NCBI RefSeq assembly: GCF_009914755.1
Contig: NC_060933.1
From: the human T2T-CHM13v2.0 reference genome, Homo sapiens
Direction: 5' to 3' (one strand)
DNA: 64,000 bases
Shown: in pieces, positions 1 through 13,170 of the stretch
Layout of the letters: every line of letters starts with the position of its first letter
Numbering within the stretch: the stretch's first letter is position 1
Notes under the pieces: generated by a model
The model's input: the letters and a program-made list of their open reading frames with translations, nothing else
The model's database searches: none
Told to the model about the DNA's origin: nothing
Translations under genes and position numbers: made by a program

Positions 1-184
1 AAGAAGTTTACAAGTTTTTCCTTGGCTTACCCGTGGGTGGGTATGATTGGAAGAAATAAAATTTTTACCCTTTTTTCACCAAAAGGAATGGCTCTCTCAG
101 AGCTTTTGCTTTGTTGAGGTCAAACATTCATACTTAAAAGAGAACTTCCGACTTTGATTCTAGGCTCATTTTGCAAACACTGAT

Positions 185-590
185 ATGGAGGCAGCCTGAA
201 TTTGGCAGTCAGACTCCACCACATACTAGCAAAGGGACTTGGGCAAGTCACTTAACCTTGCTGAGCCTTAAATCCACCTCTGTAAAATGGGAACAGTTGT
301 TACTATGCCTCACGGTTCTGGAGAGGGTCAAATGAGTGAGGAGATTCTGATTTAGAGACAGTGGAGTGTAACTTGGGACTCTGGAGCCAGCCTCCCTAGA
401 GGTGAGTCCCAGCTTCACCTTGTCAGTAGCTGTGTTACCTCGTGTAAGTTGCTAAACCTTCCTGAGCCAATAGAAATAGTAAGAGTGCCTACCTCATACA
501 GTCGTGAGGATAAAAGGCTTAATATAACCAGAAAGCACTTAGAACAGTGCCTGCCATTTAGTAGTAAACACTACATTAGTATGTGCTATG
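185..590 (+). mobile_element. Two MIR fragments
   Basis: MIR core-like text (gggcaagtcacttaacctt...ctgtaaaatggg; gcacttagaacagtgcctg). Confidence 0.65.
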
Positions 591-775
591 ATTATGATAG
601 ATTATGATCATAATTGTTATTATTCATATATCAAGTGCCTGGCATAAATTAGTTGGTCAAAAAAGATTAATAACTACTTTTATTATTTCTCCCATCAGAG
701 CACCTGAAATTTAAATGCTCTGAAAGGAAAGTAATATTATTACCAGTCTGTTTTTGATTTAACTAAATATATAAC

Positions 776-980
776 AGCAGGGTTCTTTTCAAAATCTTAC
801 TCCTCAGGGACTCAAAACTTAACCTTACACCAGAGGAGAAAGATTTTTTTCTTAGAACAAGAGCATATATTTGGTCCTCACTCCAGACCTTTGGAATCAG
901 AAATTCTGGGGACATGACCGTCATCTGTTTTAGCAAGTATACCCAGTGATTCTCATGTTCCTGAAGTTTGATAACACTAG
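776..980. mobile_element. Degenerate MER5-like hAT-Charlie element
   Basis: gaatcagaaattctgggg...gtgattct...gaagtttgataacact resembles MER5 internal and terminal sequence. Confidence 0.5.
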
Positions 981-2068
981 GTGTAGACTAGTCACAGCTT
1001 TGACTACCTTCTGTTGCCAGGGTGGAGACAAGAATTGGTTACTCTCTTTGGCAGGCTGTTCCAGCCCAAGAAGTGTTAAAATGATGTTATCGTGGTGGTT
1101 TTGTGAGTTAAGCAGATACAGATAGTTCTGGAAAGCAGCGTCAGGGGTGCGGTACGGGGGCTGCAGAGCACTTGGGCAGCATGTGAACCTGTTGATAGAT
1201 CTGGCTTAGAACAGTGTGGCGTATCGGGCCCTCTGGGAAGTGCTTATGTCACGTCTTGTGCCTTACCAGTCTGAGTGACGCATGGGAGAAGAGATGCCTT
1301 TTGAGTTTTTATGCAAGGTTAAAATGAAGAAAATCCATTTCAGCCTTTAAAAGTCAGAGCTACTGGTACAAAAGGTCACTGACGCCAAATGGTGGCATTG
1401 CAGAGCTCCGAGAGGGAGCATTAAAATAGCAGGGGGTTTTTTTGTTTGTTTGTTTTTTGTTTTTTTTTTTTAAGAAACACTGAATGCACTGTGGGCTTAA
1501 GTCTTAGTCTTTTGCCATCTTGCTGCCCTAGGATCTTAAATAAAAGGGCATGTGAAAAAAGAAAAACACGAAGACATTTTTCTACCTCCTTAAGTGTCAA
1601 GGATGTAGATAGTCGTCCTCACACTAAAGGTGACATAACCTTTATTGTAGAATAAGCAAAGTGATGAAATGATGCCCCTATGAGAAAGTAGTCTGTAGAT
1701 GGACTAGAGACCTAGCCCTGCTCTAGATGTAGTCTGTTTGGAGGTCAAGTTTGGATAACTGAAGATGACACTGCCTTGGGAAATGAAGCCAGTCTCAGAA
1801 GTGGTGTGGAGAGGTTGTAAGATATTAATCTGGCTCTGTATACACTGCATTCGTGTTGACAGAACAGCATCCCAATTGATTGAAAAGAATCTGCGAGCCA
1901 TCTGAATAGAAACAGTATTTAAGTCATTAAGAATGGATTGATTACCAGGGCAATTAAGGAGACCTGAGGATCAAGGACCGAATTCAGGGGACACTGCAAT
2001 TATAGCAAATACAATATGAGAGGTCAGAGAAGAAGTGACAGGAGAGACTATAAGAAAAGCTGGAAGTG

Positions 2069-2396
2069 GGCCGGGCATGGTGGCTCACACCTGTAATCAC
2101 AGCACTTTGGGGCTGAGGTGGGCAGATCACATGAGGCCAAGAGTTTGAGAGCAGCCTGGCCAACATGGCGAAATCCCATCTCTACTAAAAATACAAATAT
2201 TAGCCAGATGTGGTGGTGCATGCCTGTAGTCCCAGCTACTCAGGCGGCTGAGGCATGAGAATTGCTTGAACCCGGGAGGCAGAGATTGCAGTGAGCCGAG
2301 GTTGCACGACTGCACTCCAGCCTGGGCGACAGAGTAAGATGCTGTCTCAAAAAAAAATAAAAAATAAATAAATAAATAAATATATATATATATATA
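2069..2396 (+). mobile_element. Full-length AluS with (TAAA)n(TA)n tail
   Basis: GGCCGGGCATGGTGGCTCAC start, dimeric body, short TSD gaagtg. Confidence 0.95.
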
Positions 2397-2616
2397 GAAG
2401 TGGCTCCAGGACCATATTCTATCATAGAAATCAAGAGAAGACATTTTTTTCCAGAATAGACAGGTGTTCTCTGGTGTTAAAAGCTTGAAGAAATAAAAAG
2501 ATATAAAGCATGTGGGGAGGTGGGGATGGGTCTTAGATTTGCTAAGTAAAAATATTAAATCAGAAAGAAAGTATCTTTTCTATAAAGTAAATGATCTTTA
2601 TTACATCCATTCATGT

Positions 2617-2793
2617 CAGGGTTTCTTAACCTGAGCATTATTGACATTTTGGTCTGGATGATTCTTTGTGGTGGGAGCTGTCCTGTGCAGCATCCCTGGC
2701 CTCTACCCACTAGACGTAATGCCACCACCTCCAGTTGTGATTACCAAAAAATGTCTTCAGATATCATCAGATGTTCCTGGTGAAGAACCACTG
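2617..2793. mobile_element. MER20-like hAT element, internally deleted
   Basis: Termini cagggtttcttaacc ... gaaccactg; internal attgacattttgg and ctctacccactaga. Confidence 0.75.
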
Positions 2794-2960
2794 ATTTAAG
2801 TATTTAATTCCTACCATGTATGTAGCACTACATTAGGCAGTGCAAGGCATAAAAAGTATGACACACTTCACCGTAAAAAAATACATTCTAATTGTCCTAA
2901 ATTGAGTTATTCTGTTATTTCTCCTATTATGTTGGTTAAAACTATATATGTGTATACTCA

Positions 2961-2996
2961 TACACACACACATACACACACACACGCACACACACA
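2961..2996. repeat. Imperfect (CA)n microsatellite
   Basis: Direct reading. Confidence 0.9.
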
Positions 2997-3393
2997 TGTA
3001 TACAGTAGTTATTCTCCAAGTTAACATTACATCAGCTTAATTATTGGATGATATTAGAAAAGTAGTAAATGGGAAATATTGGTGTCCCCATGCTGTATGT
3101 TTTAGCACAGATTAATGTAAGAAATTATTATGGATCTATGGTGGGACTAGTAAGCAATTTCCAAATTAAATTATAAGAAACATTATCACAAAAAACATTT
3201 GAAAAGAAAGAGCTTTAATGTTTGGAATAGATTCTACATCAAAAGAAGCAACTTATCATCTTGCCAAACCTCAGCCTCGTCATTGTTTTGGAGCAAGAAA
3301 GAGAATTGAACCTCACTCATGTTTTGTTGCCTGTACCATTGAACAAGGCCCTGACTGTTAAGACTAATGTTGAGACCCTTGTTTTCTTTGCAG

Positions 3394-3524
3394 ACTGCAT
3401 CATCTGCTATTAAAGGTGCTATTCAGCTGGGAATAGGATACACAGTGGGTAATCTCACTTCCAAGCCAGAACGAGATGTTCTTATGCAAGACTTTTATGT
3501 GGTGGAAAGTGTGTTCCTACCCAG
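3394..3524 (+). CDS. PIP5K1B: PIP5K1B coding exon A (131 nt, phase 0 to 2): [43 protein letters not shown](S)
   Basis: Acceptor gttttctttgcag|ACT, donor CCAG|gtaaga; open frame. Confidence 0.96.
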
Positions 3525-5249
3525 GTAAGAACATTTTTATTTGTGATGATTTCCATGCTAAGGAACCTTCTTTGTGACAACCCCATATTGAAGGGCTTTT
3601 CTACTATGTACATGTTTATATGTACATATGTGAATATTGGGCCTTTGGCAGGGCCAAAGGCAGTCCAAATGATGTTTACTTCCTGTTTCATCAGGATGTC
3701 TCACAATTTTTATGTGGAGATGGTAAATAGGTTTCATCTATGGACTAATTCTAATTAGTTGTGATGAATGCCTGGAAGACCATATGGAGAAAGATTTTGA
3801 GGTTCAGTGGGAAAGAGTGCAGTAATCACAGAGTAATGTCCGCCAAGGGTTTATAGAAAGAAGGCTTCCATGAAGCAGCAACTGGTGCTAGGTTTTTGCT
3901 CCCCCTAATTTAAAAGCATGGGCTGGTAGGCCCATAATTGGGCCTCAAATCTGAGTTTAGTCTTATCTCTTCTCTTTTATGATGACTTTAACTTAACTTT
4001 CCTCGAGAAAACATGGATAATCCTGCTGTTTGCAAAAATACCAAAGTTACCCATATATGTTGTCTCTAGCTTTCATCATTTTAGGGTGAGGGGATCAATT
4101 ATTTAAAAACAAATACATCTGGAAATGGATGATGGTAATATGAATGTATTAATGCCACAAAACTGTACACTTAAAAGTGGCTAACATAGTAAATTTTATG
4201 TTGAGTATATTTTACCACAATAAAACTAATTAATTAAAAATTCTATTACTACGTTCATTTAGGAAGAGAAGAAGTAATCATTAAATAAGTATCACCACAA
4301 GTGACAGGATTTTTCAAATGATCCAGAAAATAAAAATAAAGATATTCAATTTGGGGACTTGTCTTTGGAGCTGTGAGAATTGATTTTAACATTTCTCTTA
4401 AAAATAAGTCATGTTATTACCAGGCTTGGGTAAACATAGCTAAAGTGACACTTTGTTTACCACTAGTGTCCTCATCACCTTATTAAAAATCTATATGTAT
4501 CTTTAGAATAATTGTCTTTACACATTTATCTCTGTGTCTAGGTGTCAACTGCCTAAAAATAAAACCTGTTTGTGGACATGCAGTAACCCCCACATAGTCA
4601 CCAAGGAGCAGAGCCCATAAATTTTTAAAAGTCAGCTACCTCGTTTTGCTTTAAATGCTCTTAGCTGCAGAATAAAGTTGGTCTACTGGCCTTTTGAAGT
4701 CTGCTTGTCTAGGGTCCTCTAGCAGCCATGAGAACCAGATTCCAGGCAGAAAATGGACAACCGCAAGGCCCAAGATATAATCCTTGCTTATGATCCTACT
4801 CTTCTTTCTATAGTTGGAAATGTTCTCTGTGTTTGTTTTTAACAGCCTACCATTCCAAAAAAAAAAAAATGTATATTAACTACATGTTTTTCTCTTAAAA
4901 GCCAGGGGGTCATGAGTTTATCTTCATCTTTTGGTACGATTTTTTTAGGCTCATAATGCTTGTAAGTGTGTTTGCAGGATGTTTGTTTGAGCTCTCATGG
5001 TCTCCAAAGGTCTCTACCCAGACATTTCAACTTTGTTGTTCTTTGGCTACAAAGAACAGGAGAAATGGAGGACTTCTGTGGGAGTGTGGAGACAGTGAGC
5101 TCAGGGTGCTGAGAGCATTACAGCTGAAGGTGGGGGTATAAAGACGTTCCATGTGCTCCCCCTATCCTCACTGACTGACCTCTTCTACTTCCAGTGTCCA
5201 ATCAACACAGCCAACCATTGACGGGCACTTGGGGAAAGCATGGCTCAGG

Positions 5250-5419
5250 CATGAGGTCCCCAAATCCTAAACACTGGCACACCTGGAACTTGCTAGACAT
5301 GCAGATTCTTGGGCTCCACCCAGACCAACTGAATTAGAAACTCTGTGGGTGGGAACCAGGAATCTGTTTTAACAAGCCGTCGGGGTGATTCTCAGCACAG
5401 AAAGGTTTGAGAACCACTG
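5250..5419. mobile_element. MER5A
   Basis: atgcagattcttgggctccacccagacc...aatctgttttaacaag...tttgagaaccactg. Confidence 0.75.
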
Positions 5420-5715
5420 GCCTCGCCCATGACTTTCCACTTGAGAGAGAGAATCTTTCTGGTAGATAACAAATTTTGTTCTTGGAGTTATTACACGACT
5501 CTTACAACTAATAAAACTCAAATCATTTTTAAAAAGCATCTTAAATGTCAAAATGACATCTATTAGCACTTTGCGTCTTTGGCCTTCACTGTCATCCAAG
5601 GTAGCAGCAGCAGGTGTGTCACTGGCAGAGGAGTAGCTAGCTGACTTTCCCTTATTTAGAGGCAATTATTGTCACATTTAAAATATAGCATTTTAGAGTA
5701 TTTGCAGCCTATAAA

Positions 5716-5938
<223 letters not shown>

Positions 5939-6741
5939 TTAAAAAGTATTAAGTGATACACGTGTGTGTGTGTGTATACATATACACTCATATAATATAT
6001 ATCTACACACATATGCAATGGAGTAATAAAAATACTACATAATAAATATAAAATAGAATAAAACTATTTAAAATAGATGCATGAAATAGAAAGGCTAAAT
6101 AGATATTGATGTTTGCATGTAGGCACATTTAGTTGGATTAAGTTAGATTTAAATTGTCCGATAGAGAACTGTGCATACAATTACAATTACAAATCAACCC
6201 TTTCTCTGGGCTGTCTAAAATAATCAGGTACTAGACCAAAAAATGACATGCTGTCTGCCTTACCTTTTAGTGACGATTTGTAGGAAGAGGAAGGTGGGGG
6301 CTGGTGAGTGGAAAGATAGTAGAGTTTGTGAGGGAATGTTCTGTGTGACTGAAGACAAAGGCTGGAGGTTCATGGACCAGAAGGTGTGAATCTACTCTGA
6401 AAGACAGGCAAGAGTCCAGTCCAGGGAAAAAGGTGCAGATGGTAGGATTTTGGTGGGTACTCGAATTAAAAAAATGGATTTGTGAGGCAATATTGCTGGG
6501 GTCAAAACCAAAAAATCAAATTGACCAGAGTGAAAAATAGCCTGGGTCCTAGCATGGCTCTGCTGCCACGTAGGATGACTGGACTGTCCCTTCAGGTTCG
6601 TGTAACAATCCATACTACTTATAGTATACATGAAATGCTTTCTATTCATTCAAGCAACCTTACTAAAAACACCCCATGAAAATAAAAGTCTATATCTTCC
6701 CTTCAAAAAAAATGGCAATACAATATTTAACATTTGATGCA

Positions 6742-6845
6742 TTTTTTTTTTCTTGTTATTTTTAAATGAAAAAGAATTATTGTCCCGGTTTGGCTCTACA
6801 CCCTCGGACTCCGGCTCCCACGCCACCCTGGCAGGTGCCGGCCTC
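6742..6845 (-). other. Short poly(A)-tailed insert of unknown origin (candidate 5'-truncated retrocopy)
   Basis: Flanked by aacatttgatgca (6729-6741) and aacatttgattca (6846-6858); T-rich tail on the + strand; GC/CpG-rich body. Confidence 0.55.
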
Positions 6846-8687
6846 AACATTTGATTCAGACCAAGAATTTCTTTCAGCAGATGCTATCTTGTTTGTTTAA
6901 GTAACACAGGCACACCAGATGGATTTATAGTAAACAGAAGAAACTTATGTTAGTCTTGCCTCAGTTTCATCATCTGGACTCAGTGTCTTCGTGGATTTAG
7001 CAAAGGGATTTGGCCCAGTGTTTCTCAATGGAGGTGCTATTGGCTTTGTTGGATAAGACAACTCTGTGCAAGACAGTACCTTTCAGGAGATCTTTGGTCC
7101 CCAGGCCCTGCCAGTAATATCTCCTAGTTGCTGTAGCAGTCAAAAAACCCCTATAAAGTGATGGATAAATTTAGTATCATGATTGTGGTGATGGTTTCAC
7201 AGGTGTATATACACATGTGTAAAAGTAACAAATGGTATACTTTCTTGTATGTCAATTAAACTTCAATAAATCAGTCAAATAATGCTTTCTCTCTAAGTAT
7301 TTCCAAGCCCATATGGGGATGAAGAAAGGGGTAGGTGGGCAGGACAGGCCCTGGTTGTAAGCATCCAAAACATTCTGCAGTCTCTGATGGCTCAACGAGT
7401 CTATCTGGGTCATAGAACTAATTACTTGAGGTACCTTGAGATGTTTTAATTTACTGCTTTCTGAAGTTGCAGAATCCGTTTCCCCTAGCAACCAAATGCG
7501 TTGTGTTTTTTTCTTATTTATATATTTTGAAGCTGCTCAAAGTTATTTTTAAATATCAAGTACATAATTTGTCCTATGAATTATTTCATTTTGGAGATGG
7601 AAAAAGCCCTGGGCCTTTTTAAGATTTGAAAGAGGATATAAAAATCTCTTTTAACTGTTTGGCTCCATGATCTTCCAAAATGTGTTCCAAAATCTCAAAG
7701 TAGATAAGTAAGAAAATCATGATCATATCTTAATATTTTGACCCCAAATTCTGTGTTGGGATCAGAAGCTCAAGGTTATAGATAGGTTTCATGCATTGAT
7801 AGGATAAAGAAGAAGGAGGATGGTTTATAAAGCTTGTACCATGTAAACAAGGACCTAAGGTGGCAAAGGGAGGCAACATTTTTAAAAACTAATTGTGAAT
7901 CAAGCATAGTTTTATTCATATAGTAAATTGACTTATATAACATATATTAATTTTTATTATCTTTCATCTTTATAAGAACACTATTTGGTATATGAAATAA
8001 TTTGACCCTAAGACATTAAGTCACTTAGCCCAAGGCTATCCAGCCAGTAAATGGTAAAGCCGAGATTTTAACTCAGGGTTAGCTGGCCCCAAAGTTTTGT
8101 TTTTCTCTACATTGTGGCAATAAAGCATGGGAATGGTATTTCTGCTTTATTGAATCAGAACAAGTGTCCAGCTTTTATCTTAGAATTATAGACCTCAGTC
8201 TGCTTCTTTGTTCCCCTAAGAGCCAGCCCTAATCTGTTCTCCAGGAGACACTATCACTACCTTACCTGGAGGTGGCAAAAATGGTTTAAAAGCTGGTGGT
8301 TAAAGTTTAAATATCTTTCCATATTCAAGAATAATTACACAGCTGAGGAATTTTTAAAGCCCCTATATTTCAGTCTCTTCACTTGTAAAACAGGAGTTTA
8401 CCCTGATGTAAAGATCATTACAGAAAACAGACTGCCCTTGGGTTTGACCCACATGCACTTCAGGATTTATTTGGACAGCCAGGGAATACCCACCTTTTGG
8501 AAAAGAATTCCAAGAAACTACGGCAAGGGTAAAACATTATCCTAAATGATAAGCAAACATATATGTCAAAGATTCATATAAAATATTGCCTCATATCATC
8601 ACTCAATGTTACAGGTTTGACAAACTAGCCAACTGCCTGCATTTCTAGGCATAATGACATAAACTTATCCAAGAGTCCATCTTATAC

Positions 8688-9028
8688 CAGGGATTCCCAA
8701 TCCCTGGGCTGTGGACAAGTACCAGTCCATGGCTTGTTAGGAAACCAGCAGCACAGCAGGAGGTGAGCAGAGGGCAAGCAAGTATTACAAGGGCGAGCTC
8801 CGCCTCCTGTCAGATCACTGGCAGCATTAGATTCTCATAGGAGCACAAACCCTGTAGTGAACTGTGCATACAAGGGATCTAGGTTGTTTGCTCCTTATGA
8901 GAATGTAATGCCCGATGATCTGAGATGGAACAGTTTCATCCCAAAACCATCCCCCCATTTCCACTGTCTGTGGAAAAATTGTCTTCCACAAAACTGGTCC
9001 CTGGTGCCAAAAAGGTTGGGGACCACTG
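8688..9028. mobile_element. MER1B (hAT-Charlie MITE), full length
   Basis: TIRs cagggattcccaa / ttggggaccactg; 8-bp TSD tcttatac (8680-87) / tcttatat (9029-36); characteristic internal sequence. Confidence 0.85.
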
Positions 9029-9036
9029 TCTTATAT

Positions 9037-9422
9037 CATGTGGGTCAGCATACAACAGCCCATGGGACAGGCCCCGCTTACTGCCCGTTTTTGTAAATAA
9101 GGTTTAATTGGAATAAAGCCACATCCATTCATTTACAAATTGTCTGCGGCTGCTATCTACAATGGCTGCAGAGTTGAGTAATTGCTACAGAGACTGTATG
9201 GCCCACAGAGCTCGAAATATTATCTGGCCCTTTATAGAAAAAGATTGCCAAGGCTGGCTGCAGTGGCTCACGCCCGTAATCCCAGCACTTTGGGAGGCCG
9301 AGGTGGGAAGATCACATGAGCTCAAGAGTTTGAAAGCAGCCTGGGCAATATAGTGAGACCTCATCTCTTTATATTTAATAAAAATAAAAATAAATAAAAA
9401 AGAAAAAGATTACCAACTCCTG
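9037..9422. mobile_element. MER58A (hAT-Charlie), interrupted by a FLAM
   Basis: ttttgtaaataaggtttaattgg...gcagagttgagta...tatctggccctttatagaaaaag matches MER58A. Confidence 0.8.
9252..9400 (+). mobile_element. Free left Alu monomer (FLAM_C-like)
   Basis: Monomer plus A tail; 16-bp TSD agaaaaagatt(g/a)ccaa at 9236-9251 and 9401-9416. Confidence 0.9.
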
Positions 9423-12074
9423 ATCTATACAAACATTCTGCACCAGTTTTTATGTACATGTGGGTAGAAGACAAAGCTGCCAGCTTAGTCTTCTTGGGAG
9501 AAAATGAGAAGTGACTGCTGCTGGGCAAGCCATAATATGATGCTCCTTCAAATCAAAACTCTTTATGTCTTTGTTCAGCGTGTATTTGGTGAGGATGGGG
9601 AGAAACTGATTTCCTATTACTAAAAGCCATATACCTCTTCCTTTAGCTCAAAGGATTTATTGCATGCACTGGATATTATACAATATTCTACTTTATTTGA
9701 AGTTATCTTCAAGCACGGTTTTCCAGTATGGTAATAACTTCTTGGATGGTTTAATGTTTATATAACCGATGATGTCACATGTTCCCAGTAAATGACATCC
9801 CGGAATGCACTGTTTGGTTGGGGAATTTAAGCTGTCTTCAGATGCTGACTTTTACAGATTGGCTGTCAGCTGGTTGGTCTCTGAAGATGGTGCAGCCTCG
9901 TCTTATACAATGCAGTTCATGTGTACCCATCACAGAACTGCTCAGCAACAGGAGGTTGGCACCAGCAAGGAATGTGTCTTTTGTTTTGCTTTGTTTTGTT
10001 TTTCCATTCATGAGCACTCTCTAATTTGGCAAAAAAGAGGACCAATTTCTGTCTCTCTCTCTCTAGTTACGTAAAGAATTGTATGTGGAAACCAAGGGAT
10101 ATCCACCTTGGCTGAATTGGCAGAGGCAATTAATAATACCTTAAGGCCGCTTTTACAGACTGCTGTGTACGAAGGTCCAACTTGAAGACTGGGTACCATC
10201 AGTAGTTTGTTACTGGATTGTAGTGGCATTCACCCAACTGTAGTGCCACTTAAGCTTTCCTAATGTCTGCACATCAAGACAAAGCACCCTTCATTTATCC
10301 TGTCATACAGAGGGTAAGGTCATGTTTGTTGAATACAAGTGAGGGCATTTAGCATCCTTTAGCGACACTGACCACTATCACCCAGGAGTTGCGTAAGTAC
10401 TAGTTTTGTCAAAAGTCCTCAGAGCCACTATTGATGGTTTGGTTACAATTTGAAATAAACAAAGCTCACTAAATGGAAAATGCTGCTCTAGAGGCAAGAA
10501 AGCTCTGAGTCTCAGCTCCAAAACTGGTCCCCTTGTGTTGTCTTTGAGATGCTAAATTAGTTTTACCCCATTGCTTACCACCACATCTCTCAGTCCAGTG
10601 CCACCAAAACTAGCACTTGGTCATCAGGCTCTAAAACCCCATAAACAAAGCTGTGTTGTTATTAGTACATAGAGAGGAGAACACCAACTGACCAAAGCTT
10701 CTGTAAGTGAAATTCTACCCACCAGCCCCTGTGGTGTGAAGGCCTCATGTGGAAGTAATTGGGATATTTGGGCAGGGAGAAACCCCTGAAACTTGTAACA
10801 GAATCCTGAAAAGGAGGAATAACAGAGGAACGTCAAGTCTAAGTTAAGCCATTCCTATCTGCTTATGACTTTTCTGCTGTTCTGATGTGAGTCTAATCTC
10901 CCAATCTTGTTTGTTCCTGATCAGTTTGGGCCATTGTTTTCCCTCCCTGGACTATGATTTATCTGCTAAATGGGGAATTCCAGATGGCGGCTAATGCTTC
11001 CTCAAGCTTCAACATTGTGTAATTCTGAACATACGTTGCCATTAAGATATATGTATTTTTAGACTAAGACAAGCAGTAGCTTTGGCCTTAAAAATGAACT
11101 TGCCTCAGAAGAGGTGAATATCAGAATGCCAGAGCTGGTCTGTGATTGAACTTTAACTGCTTCTTAGTGAATAAGTGGGGAAGAGGACAGAGAAACTTCT
11201 GTTCTTTATTTGAAATTTCTTTCTCCTTTTTTGGAGATAAAAATGCCCTGATGTGATAGGGATTGTAACGTGTGCTTGCTTAATTGTTTAGGTTCTTACT
11301 TGGCAAAATAAAGTTGGAAATCCAAGGTTGGATTCCAAACTTTTGTTGTCGAAATTTTACTGGCCCATGGGATCCAAGCATCTAGAACCACTGCTCAAAA
11401 CCCCATAGCTGAGATTTCCAAAGCTTCAACTTATGCCAAGACAAGAAAGTCAGTTGTCGGGTGTTTTTTTTTTTTCCACACCCTACATAAGTGCATTGAA
11501 GAAATATAAGGTAAATCTTAAACTGTGAGGAGTTCTACTCTTTTTCTGACTTCATTTTTGCTAAGTCTGGATGCTGAGCACAGTTACTCAACAGGTAACT
11601 CCAGTCTCAGGCAAGGAAAGCCTGTGGACTTCAGGAGGCAAACGTTGATTGCGGTCATTGTGTTTGAATGTTGGCAGTTCTGCCATGGTGGAAGTTGCTA
11701 AGCACTTGGTACCTGTGCTGTGGAGATTCTGTGCTGAACGCCTGTGGGCTGGCACCCACATCTACACACAGTAAATGTGCCAGCGTGGGGCCTCAGAGAA
11801 CCAAGGTTGTTGCCTGCTGGCTGACCTTCACTGGACTTGCTGTTTTGTTCTCTGCACTCGTGCTCCCCTGACAAATATCCGGGCCCAGCAGGGGCCAGCG
11901 ATCTCATTAATTTGCATTTCCTTCACTAGAGCTTCATTCATGTCAAGCTGGTATTTGTTATTCATTGGAACAGCTTAAATATGCAGAGGTAAACAAACCT
12001 TCTGCTGTGGTGCTGAGCACGGAGGGCTCAGTTTGGGGGAAGAGGAATCAGTTTATGGCTTTTAACCTCTAACT

Positions 12075-13170
<1,096 letters not shown>

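Noticed and set aside
1385-1397. CTCF-like ccaaatggtggca
   Set aside because: Three mismatches in the core; not supportable.
8392-8532. Exon-looking stretch with cag acceptors and a gtaaaa donor
   Set aside because: Weak splice sites, no protein similarity recognised, and not needed for the PIP5K1B frame.
10222-10251. Short hairpin agtggcatt...agtgccact
   Set aside because: A 9-bp stem with a wobble is expected by chance in 64 kb and has no ncRNA features.
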